Positions 19,051 through 28,362 of a stretch of 50,790 bases of DNA are shown one piece after another. Source of the stretch: a virus; the IMG/VR virus record IMGVR_UViG_3300045988_139260; one strand, given 5' to 3'. Under the pieces are notes generated by a model, which was given only the letters and a program-made list of their open reading frames with translations, did no database searches and was not told the DNA's origin. Every line of letters starts with the position of its first letter. Position 1 is the stretch's first letter. Made by a program: the position numbers and the translations under genes.

Positions 19051-19476
19051 ATGTTGAGAATAGGAAAAGTAACTAAGCTATATCCCGAAGAGGGAAAGAT
19101 ACAGGTCACTTACGAGGACAGCGCAAGTGCATCCATGCCATTGCCGATGATAAGCAACGGCGAATACAATATGCCAGCTATCGGAGAGCGTGTTGTGGTA
19201 GCTCAGATGGACGGCGAGGGAAGCAGTAAGGGATTTGTGCTTGGCACATATTTCAACACGGAAAACAGACCATTTGCAACGTCAGGCTACAGAAAAGACC
19301 TTACAGCAGGAGTATATGTCGAGTGTATCGGAGGAGCTTGCAAAGTACATGCAACAAGCATCGAACTTGACGCCGACAAGGTCACGCTGGGAGGACAGAC
19401 TGTGTCCGACATTCTAAAACGCATTGAAAATCTTGAGTCGAGAGAGGCAAGGGAGATGAGAGCTGAATGGTTGTAG
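19051..19476 (+). CDS. Baseplate spike/assembly protein V
   Basis: LRIGKVTKLYPEEGKIQVTYED...PAIGERVVVAQMDG OB-fold pattern of gpV. ATG 19051 has a GGAGGA RBS; the track start 19036 is an alternative. Confidence 0.8.
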   Translation: MLRIGKVTKLYPEEGKIQVTYEDSASASMPLPMISNGEYNMPAIGERVVVAQMDGEGSSKGFVLGTYFNTENRPFATSGYRKDLTAGVYVECIGGACKVHATSIELDADKVTLGGQTVSDILKRIENLESREAREMRAEWL

Positions 19477-19862
19477 GAAATTTAGGAAAACTAATTACCT
19501 TCGAGGTGAGCTCCAGCAAGGTATTGACATTCGATCAGATGCAGAGAAGCGTTAAAGGTCGATGGGCTACACATGATGTAATAGGAGGCAAAGTTAAATC
19601 CGAGTTTCTGGGCGCTGATGTTGCAAGCATCACACTGCCAATATATTTGTCTGCAATGCATGGAGTCAGACCAAGAAGAACAATAGAATTAATAAACGAT
19701 GCTATCGAGAGTGGCCAATATTTTACGTTCGTTGTAGGAGGGCGCGCAGTAGGCAGGTATCAGTGGCGCATTACATCATCAAGCGAGACATGGGACAAGG
19801 TCATTCTGAACGGAATACTTGTTGAGGCTAAGCTTACATTAACGCTTGAAGAATACGTATAG
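19467..19862 (+). CDS. Tail protein U-like
   Basis: 131 aa. LGKLITFEV...RWATHDVIGGKVKSEFLGADVASITLPIYL resembles the P2 gpU family pattern. Confidence 0.6.
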   Translation: MVVGNLGKLITFEVSSSKVLTFDQMQRSVKGRWATHDVIGGKVKSEFLGADVASITLPIYLSAMHGVRPRRTIELINDAIESGQYFTFVVGGRAVGRYQWRITSSSETWDKVILNGILVEAKLTLTLEEYV

Positions 19863-19876
19863 AGGAGGAAAAGCAT

Positions 19877-20188
19877 ATGGATGACTACTTTGTTTCAGGA
19901 GATGCAGATGCGTTTTCTCCTGAGGAGTTTGCAGAAATTAAGCTGTGTCTGGAAACGTTATTATCGGTGAGAGCTGGTACTCAGCCAATGGACAGAAACT
20001 TCGGGATTAATGCAGACGAAATCATTGGACGCCCTACAGAAATAGCAAAAAATATACTGTCTGTGGAAATCATCGAAAAGGTGAGAGAATACGAGCCAAG
20101 GGCAGAAGTTGACAGTATCGAATACGAGGATAGTGCAGAGGGCGGGTTAGTGCCACATATTCATTTTATTAAAGGGGAGGTGGAGTAA
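19877..20188 (+). CDS. Baseplate wedge protein W (gp25-like)
   Basis: 103 aa. IKLCLETLLSVRAGTQPMDRNFGI is the GPW/gp25 signature. Confidence 0.85.
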   Translation: MDDYFVSGDADAFSPEEFAEIKLCLETLLSVRAGTQPMDRNFGINADEIIGRPTEIAKNILSVEIIEKVREYEPRAEVDSIEYEDSAEGGLVPHIHFIKGEVE

Positions 20189-21324
20189 TGGTAACAGATA
20201 ATTTCCCGGATATATCTTTCATCGAAGATGCCACGATTGAAGAAGTTATGGCCACGATGATTCAGGATTATCAGGACAAATACAAAGAACTCACAGGACG
20301 CGAAGTATCGCTAGGACAAGCAGACCCCTACAGGCTGATTATGTATGCCTGTGCCGTACAGATATATCAGGCTATGCAGTACGCAGATTACGCAGGCAAG
20401 ATGAGCTTTCTGAAATATGCAAATGGTGAATACCTTGATAACCTGGCAGCAATCAGAGGAGTCACAAGACTTAAGGCTACACCGGCAACGACAACACTTA
20501 AGTTCACCATCGACAGCCCTTTGCAGTCCGCCGTGAGTATTCCGGCCGGAACCAGAGCAACAAATGGCAATAATGTATTTTTCGCAACAGATACATATAC
20601 GGAAATTAAAGTCGGTCAGACCACGGTATCTGTGTCCGCCACATGTACGGATGAAGGAGCTCTTGGAAATAACTTTGCCGAGGGCGAAATCAACATGTTA
20701 GTCACAACGCTTCCATACATCACTAGAGTTGAGAACACAGTTCTGACGTTCGGGGGCTCTGATACAGAGAGCGACGACGACTTAAGAGACAGGGCTTTTG
20801 AAAAACCTGAAAGTTATTCGACAGCCGGTCCATCAGGAGCATACAGATACTTTGTGAAGCAGGTTGATACATCAATATCGGATGTGATTGTAAGATCAGA
20901 CAATCCCGGAGAAGTACAGGTGCTTTTTATCACAGATAATGGAATGCCAAGTGCACCATTAATCGAAAAGGTCAAGACAGCACTTGAGGATAGGAGCGTA
21001 AGACCTCTGACGGATAAAATCGTGGTCAAAGCACCAGGCACCAAGGCGTATAACGTCGATTTGACTTATTACATTTCATCAAGCGAGAAGGCATCTGTGG
21101 CCGCAATTCAGGAAAACGTAAATGCAGCAGTTGAGATATACAACCTGTGGCAAACTGAAAAAATAGGAAGAGATATAAACCCATCATATCTGACACAGCA
21201 GATCATGGAAGCAGGTGCCAAAAGAGTATCAATTACGGCTCCGGTATTTACTGTGCTGAATAATGACGTTTTGGCCACAACAGGAACCGTGTCTGTGAAG
21301 TACGGAGGACTAGAGGATGATTAA
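20188..21324 (+). CDS. Baseplate protein J
   Basis: 378 aa following gpW. Baseplate_J-like pattern (YRLIMYACAVQIY, GGSDTESDDDLRDR). Confidence 0.9.
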   Translation: MVTDNFPDISFIEDATIEEVMATMIQDYQDKYKELTGREVSLGQADPYRLIMYACAVQIYQAMQYADYAGKMSFLKYANGEYLDNLAAIRGVTRLKATPATTTLKFTIDSPLQSAVSIPAGTRATNGNNVFFATDTYTEIKVGQTTVSVSATCTDEGALGNNFAEGEINMLVTTLPYITRVENTVLTFGGSDTESDDDLRDRAFEKPESYSTAGPSGAYRYFVKQVDTSISDVIVRSDNPGEVQVLFITDNGMPSAPLIEKVKTALEDRSVRPLTDKIVVKAPGTKAYNVDLTYYISSSEKASVAAIQENVNAAVEIYNLWQTEKIGRDINPSYLTQQIMEAGAKRVSITAPVFTVLNNDVLATTGTVSVKYGGLEDD

Positions 21325-22228
21325 GCTACAGGAAAGTAACATTACACATATCCTTCCGGTTAAGTTTAAGAATGACCCTAAAAATAAAGCTCTTGGATAT
21401 GCGCTTGCAAATGCCACCAAACGATTAATCAAATATGAGAAATCGACGAGCGTATATGCCCGCATAGATACCGCAAGTAATGAAGTACTTGATATGCTTG
21501 CGGCCGAGTTTAACACTCAGTATTACGATACATCACTTGGTATTGAGGCTAAACGACAGCTCGTTAAAAATGCACTCATATGGCACATGACATCAGGCAC
21601 ACCGGCAGCAGTCGAAGAACTGATAACCGCGGTATTTGGCGAGGGTGAAATCAAAGAATGGTTCGAGTATGGTGATGAACCTTATTACTTCAAAGTTATT
21701 ACAAATGCCCTTTTAACTGAGAACATCAACAGTCAGTTTACCAGTATACTTGAAGAAGTAAAGAATACGAGGTCACATATCCGGGCGATCGAAATACATC
21801 GAGAGGTTAATTTACCGTATACATCAGGAGCTTGTGTCCATGCCAATACAAAACCTGCAGCAATCATTGATGGCTACAACGTCAAAAGAGATGCGCGGGG
21901 CAATATCATGGCCGGAGTCGCAGGACATACTGTGGCGCATCCAGTGCCAGTCAGAGACGGCTTTAAAGTCAATGGCAATAAAATCACCACTGAAATAAAT
22001 GCAGGCGCAGGAAGTTCAAATACGACGCATCAGGCGGCGATTATAGATGGATATTCAGAGGCAGGTGCAAGAGTTACCGGGACAATCAATACCGGCGCAG
22101 CGAGCACGCTGCAGATTAAGCCATCTGAAATTAGGGAGTCAATGACATTCAAGGCTCCAAAAGTTAATCAGGCTACATCAGCCGGAATACAGGCTGATAG
22201 CAGATATAAAAATACTATCAAGGAATAG
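21317..22228 (+). CDS. Tail protein I with C-terminal extension
   Basis: N-terminal ILPVKFKNDPKNKALGYALA...VLDMLAAEFNTQYYD...IWHMTSGTPAAVEEL matches the gpI family. About 130 extra C-terminal residues. Confidence 0.8.
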   Translation: MIKLQESNITHILPVKFKNDPKNKALGYALANATKRLIKYEKSTSVYARIDTASNEVLDMLAAEFNTQYYDTSLGIEAKRQLVKNALIWHMTSGTPAAVEELITAVFGEGEIKEWFEYGDEPYYFKVITNALLTENINSQFTSILEEVKNTRSHIRAIEIHREVNLPYTSGACVHANTKPAAIIDGYNVKRDARGNIMAGVAGHTVAHPVPVRDGFKVNGNKITTEINAGAGSSNTTHQAAIIDGYSEAGARVTGTINTGAASTLQIKPSEIRESMTFKAPKVNQATSAGIQADSRYKNTIKE

Positions 22229-22240
22229 GAGGAATAATTC

Positions 22241-22843
22241 ATGCCACAGCCATTCAATAATGCAGTCATGACCAATGCCGGAGCAGCGCTCTTGACGAGA
22301 GCTCAGGCGGGACAAATCAAGATTCAGTTCACCCGCATCGCAACTGGTAACGGAAGCTACACTGCAGACGAAAAAACGCTTGCCAGATTGCAGCAGGCGA
22401 CAAAACTCAAATCACTGAAAAACAGCTATCCACTATCGGATATAGATGTATTCAGTGATCATTCAGTTAAGGTCACAGCCTTAATTACCAATCAGGATCC
22501 TGTGTCTAAAAAGACACTTGTATCTGCAGGCTATTACATCAACGAGATGGGACTGTACGCTAAGCCACAGGGCGCCGCAGACAGTCAGGAGGTACTCTAT
22601 TCGATTGTTGTTACGGCCGGCACAAACGGTGACTTCATGCCACCATACAACGGTTACAATCCGGCGCAGATAACACAGGACTACTTTGCAACTGTCAACA
22701 ACAGTGCTCAGGTAACAATCAACACAGCCGGTGCAGCTTTACTTGCAGAGGATGCCAATAAGCTGAGAGACGATAGCACCCATATGAAATGCAAGCTAGG
22801 TATCGATAATGGTCTGATATATGTACAGGCTATCAGCGAATAG
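22241..22843 (+). CDS. Tail fibre base (gpH N-terminal/tail-collar-like domain only)
   Basis: 200 aa. AVMTNAGAALLTRAQAGQIKIQFTRIATGNG...INEMGLYAKP parallels the P2 gpH N-terminus. Confidence 0.7.
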   Translation: MPQPFNNAVMTNAGAALLTRAQAGQIKIQFTRIATGNGSYTADEKTLARLQQATKLKSLKNSYPLSDIDVFSDHSVKVTALITNQDPVSKKTLVSAGYYINEMGLYAKPQGAADSQEVLYSIVVTAGTNGDFMPPYNGYNPAQITQDYFATVNNSAQVTINTAGAALLAEDANKLRDDSTHMKCKLGIDNGLIYVQAISE

Positions 22844-22864
22844 GAATAGGAGGATGAAAACGAA

Positions 22865-24139
22865 ATGGAAGTTGGAGAAAAAATCTATGTAGCCGATAAG
22901 GCCACACTTGACAAGGTATACAACATTCTTGCCGCTGACCCGGTATGGGGATTCATTGAGCACATGGATGTTAAGAGTCCATCAGCAAGAGTCACACCAA
23001 TCGGACTCAATAAGAATTATAAAAATGTAACAAGAAATGGTGGCACCGGAGTCGTGTCTCTTAACGACTGGGCAGATCACCCGGTTATCAAGGCAAATAA
23101 GCCGTACATGGTTAAGGCAGATGGTACCCCGGACTATAGATTATCTGAGACAGATTATACCAAGAAGCTTGACGGTACCGGTTCAGATGTGGCCAACACA
23201 TCATACAATGGCGGTGCTTTTGCGTGGTTCCCTAAAGTATACAAATATGAAAAGATGGAGGGCAATGATCGTACAGTCCTCTTCTCAATGACACCAAGAG
23301 AAGGATATGAGCCAAACGGCTTCATCGATCCATCGAACAATGAGCTTGAGGGAGTGTGGCTGCCAATGTTCTACGGTTCAAGACTTGGCGCAGATGGTTC
23401 AACGCCTAAGATGGTATCACTTTCGGGATTACAGCCATCGTACAATACAACAACGGCACAGGAGCGCACAGCCCTGCAGAACTTTTCAACAAGAGCCATG
23501 TTCCTCGGTGGACCTATCGTGGAGACAATCATTGACTTCTTGATTATGATCGCAGGAACCACAGACCTTCAGACAGCTTTCGGTCACGGCAACTGCAGCG
23601 GATATGACGCGTCGCAGGCGCCTACATACGGTGTGAAGCAGAACGCCGTAGTTGGCGGCGGACAGTTCTACGGAACCGACGACAATAAGAGCCTTAATAA
23701 GATATTCCATTCGATTGTGCTCGGAAGCTATCAGCAATGGATGAGAGACCCATATGAACTTGTAGTCAATGGAAGAGTCAAGGTCAGCAAAAATTACACT
23801 TACGACCTAACAGGAGCCACATATTTAGATACAGGTATCAATGTACCAAACGGTCCTGACAGATGGGAATATCCATTAAGATATCAGACAGTCCCGGGAT
23901 ATGGTTCAATCCCTGCCGTTGTATTCGATGGCGGTTCCACAGGAACCGCCTCATGTGATGGTTCGTATAGACATAAGTCACAAACTACAATAACGGCGGT
24001 GACCCTTCGGTTCGGTCTTTGCAACGATGGGTTCGTCGACGGCCCGCGTGCGCGTCTTTGGAACAATGACGCTTCTAATGCGGACTGGCACGTTTCCGCT
24101 GCCGAACTTCTCTTGCCACCTGTCGGCGTAGCCGCTTAG
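22865..24139 (+). CDS. DGR target: distal tail fibre/receptor-binding protein with C-terminal variable region
   Basis: 424 aa. The last ~48 codons contain the VR (LCNDGFVDGPRARLWNNDASNADWHV), the spacing pattern expected of C-type-lectin-fold DGR targets. Confidence 0.85.
   Translation: MEVGEKIYVADKATLDKVYNILAADPVWGFIEHMDVKSPSARVTPIGLNKNYKNVTRNGGTGVVSLNDWADHPVIKANKPYMVKADGTPDYRLSETDYTKKLDGTGSDVANTSYNGGAFAWFPKVYKYEKMEGNDRTVLFSMTPREGYEPNGFIDPSNNELEGVWLPMFYGSRLGADGSTPKMVSLSGLQPSYNTTTAQERTALQNFSTRAMFLGGPIVETIIDFLIMIAGTTDLQTAFGHGNCSGYDASQAPTYGVKQNAVVGGGQFYGTDDNKSLNKIFHSIVLGSYQQWMRDPYELVVNGRVKVSKNYTYDLTGATYLDTGINVPNGPDRWEYPLRYQTVPGYGSIPAVVFDGGSTGTASCDGSYRHKSQTTITAVTLRFGLCNDGFVDGPRARLWNNDASNADWHVSAAELLLPPVGVAA
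23995..24103 (+). repeat. DGR variable repeat (VR)
   Basis: 109 bp, identical to TR 24260-24368 except at 9 positions, all of which are A in TR. Confidence 0.95.
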
Positions 24140-24144
24140 GGGGT

Positions 24145-24179
24145 CTGGGGGTGCGCGTTTATTTGCGCAATTCCCCCAG
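24145..24179 (+). promoter_or_regulatory. GC-rich hairpin downstream of VR (DGR target-recognition hairpin and/or terminator)
   Basis: ctggggg-tgcgc-gtttattt-gcgca-att-cccccag: outer 7-bp and inner 5-bp perfect stems, starting 42 nt after the VR end. Confidence 0.6.
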
Positions 24180-24259
24180 TAGAGATTATTTTGTAACTTT
24201 ATAAACTAGGTATCTATCCTTGACTGATATAACAGGGGAGGAAGCAGGCGTCACCTCTG

Positions 24260-24368
24260 GGCGGTGACCCTTCGGTTCGGTAATTGCAACAATGGGTTCA
24301 TCGACGGCCCGCGTGCGCGTAATTGGAACAATGACGCTTCTAATGCGAACTGGAACATTTCCGCTGCC
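24260..24368 (+). repeat. DGR template repeat (TR)
   Basis: 109 bp non-coding copy of VR with 23 adenines, mostly in AAY triplets in the VR frame. Lies between target and RT. Confidence 0.95.
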
Positions 24369-24556
24369 TTTATTCTATCCATAATTGGAATATAGACATA
24401 AAGCTTGGCATCCTTCCTACACCACTGACGATTGAGACATCGTTATATCCGCAATTATTTGTTTTGGTGAGTGAAAATTAACTCGATACAGGGCACGCGG
24501 TAAAGCGGTCGCACCTGCCGCGTGTAGGGGATAGAAGAAAAAATATTCGAGGTACT

Positions 24557-25705
24557 ATGAAACAGTACAAATATCTGTATCACAAAATGCTTGATGAAAA
24601 TGTTATCAGACAAGCATACAAAAAGTTAAGGAAAGGAAAAACAAAACGTAAAGAAATAATCGCTATTGATGCGAACCTGGATGAAGAAGTCGTAACAATG
24701 AGAAGGATGATTGAAAATACTAAGCCACCCGATGTAGAGGTTGAGCATCCGGAGTTGTCGTACAGGCCATGCAAAAGAACCCCAAAGTACATCTATGAGC
24801 ATGGCAAACAAAGAAGGATATACATGCCGGAGATTCATGAGCAGTGGTTACACCACATCATAGTATTGATTCTTGAACCGATAATCACGGCTACGTCATA
24901 TCCCTATTCCTGCGGTAGCTTTCCGAAGAGAGGAGCTCATTATGGCAAGAAAAGATTACTTAAATGGATAAGAGATGGAACTAACATCAAGTATTTTGGA
25001 AAAATCGACATTAGACATTTCTATGACAATATCAGAATTGACACACTGATGAGAGAGCTTGCTATCAGAATTAGTGACACATGGTTTCTGTATGTAATTA
25101 GAATATGCATGGCCGGTTTTTCAAAAGGTATTCCACTCGGATTCTATGTATCACAGTGGCTGGCCAACTATTTGCTGGAACCGCTTGACGAGTTTATCAG
25201 GAAGCTGGGCTTTGAAAAATATATGCGTTACATGGATGACATGGTATTTTTCGGCACCGCAAAGAAAAAGATTCATGCAGCAATTACTCAGATCAGAATG
25301 TTTATAGGAAGGCGCTACCGACTTAAGCTGAAACATAACTATCAGGTCTGCAGGTTTTATTATGAATCAAAGAGGCGTGCAGTTGGAAGACCGCTCGATT
25401 TTATGGGATTTCTGTTCTATCGAAATAAAACTATCATGCGAAAAAGTATCATGCTAGAAGCGGTAAGGACAGCAAAGAAGCTTAATGCGGCCAAGAGTGC
25501 CGGGAGAGGCTTTTATATCAGACACGTTAAATCGATGCTTAGTCATATGGGATGGTTTAGTTGCACCAATACTTACGATTGTTACAACATACACATTAAG
25601 CCACTTGTGAACATCACAAAACTTAAAAAGATAGTATCAAAATTAGACAGGAGGAAAAATCATTATGAAGCAGTGGAAAGAAGAACATTGCAGTACGCAG
25701 CCTGA
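24557..25705 (+). CDS. DGR reverse transcriptase
   Basis: 382 aa. YMDDMVFF (YxDD) catalytic motif, GIPLGFYVSQWLANY (LGxxxSQ motif characteristic of DGR RTs). 188 nt downstream of TR. Confidence 0.9.
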   Translation: MKQYKYLYHKMLDENVIRQAYKKLRKGKTKRKEIIAIDANLDEEVVTMRRMIENTKPPDVEVEHPELSYRPCKRTPKYIYEHGKQRRIYMPEIHEQWLHHIIVLILEPIITATSYPYSCGSFPKRGAHYGKKRLLKWIRDGTNIKYFGKIDIRHFYDNIRIDTLMRELAIRISDTWFLYVIRICMAGFSKGIPLGFYVSQWLANYLLEPLDEFIRKLGFEKYMRYMDDMVFFGTAKKKIHAAITQIRMFIGRRYRLKLKHNYQVCRFYYESKRRAVGRPLDFMGFLFYRNKTIMRKSIMLEAVRTAKKLNAAKSAGRGFYIRHVKSMLSHMGWFSCTNTYDCYNIHIKPLVNITKLKKIVSKLDRRKNHYEAVERRTLQYAA

Positions 25706-25928
25706 GGAACTGGAACTTATCGCGCATGGCATATATATGCAGCGCAAGGACATTGAGGCCGTAGAGCATGAGGCTACAGAGGATATGGCAGCGTACACAG
25801 ACTATGTATGCCAGAGCAGAGAAATCACCGTATCGGAGTACGAAATGCTCAAGAGTATTGAGAGCATCAATACTGACAAGGCAATTGAAGAGTATACATT
25901 ACAGCTTATGCAGGAAGGAGCAATCTAA
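25665..25928 (+). CDS. Hypothetical acidic protein (XkdW-like position)
   Basis: 87 aa with strong RBS (ACAGGAGGAAAAATCATTATG). Overlaps the RT 3' end by 41 nt and precedes XkdX. Confidence 0.55.
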   Translation: MKQWKEEHCSTQPEELELIAHGIYMQRKDIEAVEHEATEDMAAYTDYVCQSREITVSEYEMLKSIESINTDKAIEEYTLQLMQEGAI

Positions 25929-25930
25929 TC

Positions 25931-26074
25931 ATGGCAAGTACATTGGCATTAGTTTTCAAGAGACTTTATAACAAAGGTGAAATCACAAAAGAGGATGTAG
26001 TCGTGAGAGTGAAGTCCGGAAAAATTACAAAGGCAGACTACAAGTATATCACCGGAGAGACATACAATGGATAA
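25931..26074 (+). CDS. xkdX: XkdX family protein
   Basis: 47 aa, below the ORF-track cutoff. MASTLALVFKRLYNKGEITKEDVVVRVKSGKITKADYKYITGETYNG matches the XkdX pattern (G.IT.E.Y..ITGE). Confidence 0.75.
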   Translation: MASTLALVFKRLYNKGEITKEDVVVRVKSGKITKADYKYITGETYNG

Positions 26075-26243
26075 TTTGGTCGAAATCGTGGAAAATCAGA
26101 GCAAGGTCATATCTATTCAGTCAGGTGTAATCAGTGATCTATTTACACTTTTGGCGCAGTATATGAGTGCAGATGAGCTCAATTCACTTCCACAGGTTGA
26201 CAGCATCAACGAGGCGGCCATTTTGGCATCTGAATGTATGTAG
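26067..26243 (+). CDS. Hypothetical small protein
   Basis: 58 aa (MDNLVEIVENQSKVISIQSG...). ATG overlaps the XkdX end. Not in the track because it is under 60 aa. Confidence 0.4.
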   Translation: MDNLVEIVENQSKVISIQSGVISDLFTLLAQYMSADELNSLPQVDSINEAAILASECM

Positions 26244-26331
26244 TCGTACAAATTAATGATTAAATAATAGAATGCGGCTATGAGGCAAATACACGGCCAC
26301 ATGGACGCATTCTAAGAGAGGAGGTATACAG

Positions 26332-26775
26332 ATGTCACTTGCAGAATTTTTCGTCGGAGGTAGCGGGATAGCGGTTGCAGCTCTGACACTGGTGCAGGTT
26401 GTCCCAGTTAAGATTAATCCCTGGTCATGCATAGCAAGATCCATTGGAAAAGCGCTCAATAAAGACATGATGGATAAGCTGGAGAGTGTTCAGGACGATG
26501 TCAAAGACCTAGGCAACAAGCACAGCAACCTCGAATACCGCATGGATAAAGACAAGGCCGATGATTGTAGGACAAGAATACTACGCTTTGGCGATGAGCT
26601 GAGACGAGGGGTAGAGCATTCCGAGGAGTTCTTTAATCAGATTCTTGATGACATTTCAGATTATAAGCATTATTGCACAGAGCATCCAGAATACAAGAAC
26701 GACAAAGCGGTAAATGCCATCGCTGAAATAGAAAAAGTTTATCAGCGATGCATGGAAAAAAATTCATTTTTATAA
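26332..26775 (+). CDS. Membrane-anchored lysis-cassette protein (holin-associated, tentative)
   Basis: 147 aa. N-terminal hydrophobic helix (FFVGGSGIAVAALTLVQVV) then a charged coiled coil. GAGGAGG RBS. Immediately upstream of the holin. Confidence 0.5.
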   Translation: MSLAEFFVGGSGIAVAALTLVQVVPVKINPWSCIARSIGKALNKDMMDKLESVQDDVKDLGNKHSNLEYRMDKDKADDCRTRILRFGDELRRGVEHSEEFFNQILDDISDYKHYCTEHPEYKNDKAVNAIAEIEKVYQRCMEKNSFL

Positions 26776-26791
26776 CAGGAGGTAAAAGAAC

Positions 26792-27013
26792 ATGAAGAAA
26801 ATTGATTGGCTAAGGAAACTTTCTAGCAGAAAATTCTGGGCGGCAGTGGCCACATTCGTATCTATGATGATTGTAGCCTGCGGTGGTACACAGGATCAGA
26901 GTACACAGGTCACAGCACTTATCATGGCCGGAGCATCAGTTATTGCCTACATAATTGCAGAAGGTTTCACAGACGCAACATACAATGATGACAGTTCAGA
27001 CAAGGAGGACTAA
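26792..27013 (+). CDS. Holin (two TM segments, phi-LC3/Holin_1-like)
   Basis: 73 aa. MKKIDWLRKLSSRKFWAAVATFVSMMIVA...ALIMAGASVIAYIIAEG with an acidic C-tail. Directly upstream of the endolysin. Confidence 0.75.
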   Translation: MKKIDWLRKLSSRKFWAAVATFVSMMIVACGGTQDQSTQVTALIMAGASVIAYIIAEGFTDATYNDDSSDKED

Positions 27014-27015
27014 TC

Positions 27016-27810
27016 ATGGGAGTAATAATCGGATCAGCAAGAATCAATGAAAAAGGTACAGTTTCCGGAGGAAAAGCTGGAGACCAGACAAGAAGAGAAG
27101 TATCAACACAAGCTTATTACATGCATTCTAAAGGTTGGTACTGCCTGAGACCTAAGTCAATCAGTGTGGCCAACGCACTTGCGGATGCAATGATCGAGGC
27201 GTGCAATAATAATTGCATTGGCTACTGTCAGACGCATCGAACAAGCGTTATCCCAAAACTTCGTGCAGCAGGTCGATTAAGCAAAATCAAGACTAACGTT
27301 GAGACAGACTGCAGTGAGCTTATCAGAGCATGTTGTATTCAGGCTGGCTTTGATCCGGGTGATTTCAACACAGCTTCAGAAGTTAAGGCACTTAATGCCA
27401 CTAATCAGTTCATGGCTAAAATCAGCGTAACATCAAGTACTACGTTGTATAATGGAGATATACTTGTGACCAAGTCTAAAGGACATACAGCAATCGTTGT
27501 ATCTGGGCATCCAAGGCGGGCAGCTTCGAGCAAGCCAAAGCCTAGCATAAATACAACAGCCGGTGATGTCGTTGCGGCTCAGCACCGTAACAAAAATTTA
27601 GCTGGTTCATACAGCGTTACAGCGTCCGTGCTTATGCTCAGGACTGATACAAGCACATCGTCGAGTGATAATATCATTGCCAGAATGAAAAGAGGAACTA
27701 TAGTTAATTGTTATGGCTACTACAACGTTGATAAAAACGGTCAGAAGTGGCTTTATGTTGATTACAGGGGAACCGTTGGCTACGCATCGGCCAAATATTT
27801 GAAGAAATAA
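27016..27810 (+). CDS. Endolysin: N-terminal cysteine peptidase/amidase-like domain plus C-terminal SH3 domain
   Basis: 264 aa. CSELIRACCIQAGF and SKGHTAIVVSG suggest an NlpC/P60- or CHAP-like fold. C-terminus YSVTASVLMLRTD...GTIVNCYGY...WLYVDYRGTVGYASAKYLKK is SH3-like. Confidence 0.75.
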   Translation: MGVIIGSARINEKGTVSGGKAGDQTRREVSTQAYYMHSKGWYCLRPKSISVANALADAMIEACNNNCIGYCQTHRTSVIPKLRAAGRLSKIKTNVETDCSELIRACCIQAGFDPGDFNTASEVKALNATNQFMAKISVTSSTTLYNGDILVTKSKGHTAIVVSGHPRRAASSKPKPSINTTAGDVVAAQHRNKNLAGSYSVTASVLMLRTDTSTSSSDNIIARMKRGTIVNCYGYYNVDKNGQKWLYVDYRGTVGYASAKYLKK

Positions 27811-27830
27811 TATTTGTGCAACATGCTGTA

Positions 27831-27860
27831 TTGACTGCGTAGGGCGGTTTGTGATATCAT
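27831..27860 (+). promoter_or_regulatory. Sigma-A/70-type promoter candidate after the endolysin
   Basis: TTGACT (27831-27836), 18-nt spacer, TGaTATCAT (27852-27860). Only about 60 nt of gene-free sequence separates it from the terminator at 27922. Confidence 0.4.
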
Positions 27861-27921
27861 GTGGCGCTGAGGGGGTCCGGGGGTGGAAATCATTTCCGGA
27901 CCCTATAATTATGCACAAAAA

Positions 27922-27958
27922 AGATGAAATGAGGATAGCCTTCATTTCATCTTTTTTT
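27922..27958. terminator. Bidirectional rho-independent terminator between convergent late and accessory genes
   Basis: agatgaaatgagg-atag-cc(t)tcatttcatct stem, flanked by aaaaa upstream and tttttt downstream. Confidence 0.8.
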
Positions 27959-28011
27959 GCTGATAACTACGAATGCAAATCATGTATTTGCAGAATCATT
28001 ATAGCATATTG

Positions 28012-28362
28012 TTATTGTCGGAGCAACTTATAGCCATATTCAAGTATGGCCAGGCTCGAGTCATCCTTATAAGGGCTTTTGTCAAGCTTATTAACACGCT
28101 CCAGCATGGGATTCAGATACACAGTCAAGTCATCAACTGTGTATTGCTCAGCTGGCGGTAATTCAGAGTTGTAATCTATTGCAACAATCCGGTACTGTGC
28201 CTGTGATTTTAGGATTGCATCAAGGTCACTTTTATAATCTTTAATCTTAGCAGTTACGCGTATCTGATGCACATTACTTTTACCTGGAGGCATCGCAACA
28301 TATATGATCCGGTTCTCCGGAAAATCGCAGGCTACAACTTTGTAGATATACATCTTAACCAT
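28012..28362 (-). CDS. Hypothetical protein
   Basis: 116 aa with GAGGAGG RBS. Last gene of a minus-strand run of overlapping small ORFs. Confidence 0.6.
   Translation of the reverse strand: MVKMYIYKVVACDFPENRIIYVAMPPGKSNVHQIRVTAKIKDYKSDLDAILKSQAQYRIVAIDYNSELPPAEQYTVDDLTVYLNPMLERVNKLDKSPYKDDSSLAILEYGYKLLRQ

Noticed and set aside
25665-25928. DGR accessory protein Avd
   Set aside because: It lies downstream of the RT rather than between target and TR. It is only 87 aa and strongly acidic, whereas Avd proteins are about 110-130 aa and basic. It sits in the XkdW/XkdX slot. Not excluded experimentally.
27851-28161. Plus-strand ORFs 27851..28033 and 27973..28161
   Set aside because: They span terminator hairpins or lie antisense to the minus-strand gene 28012..28362. 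No RBS.
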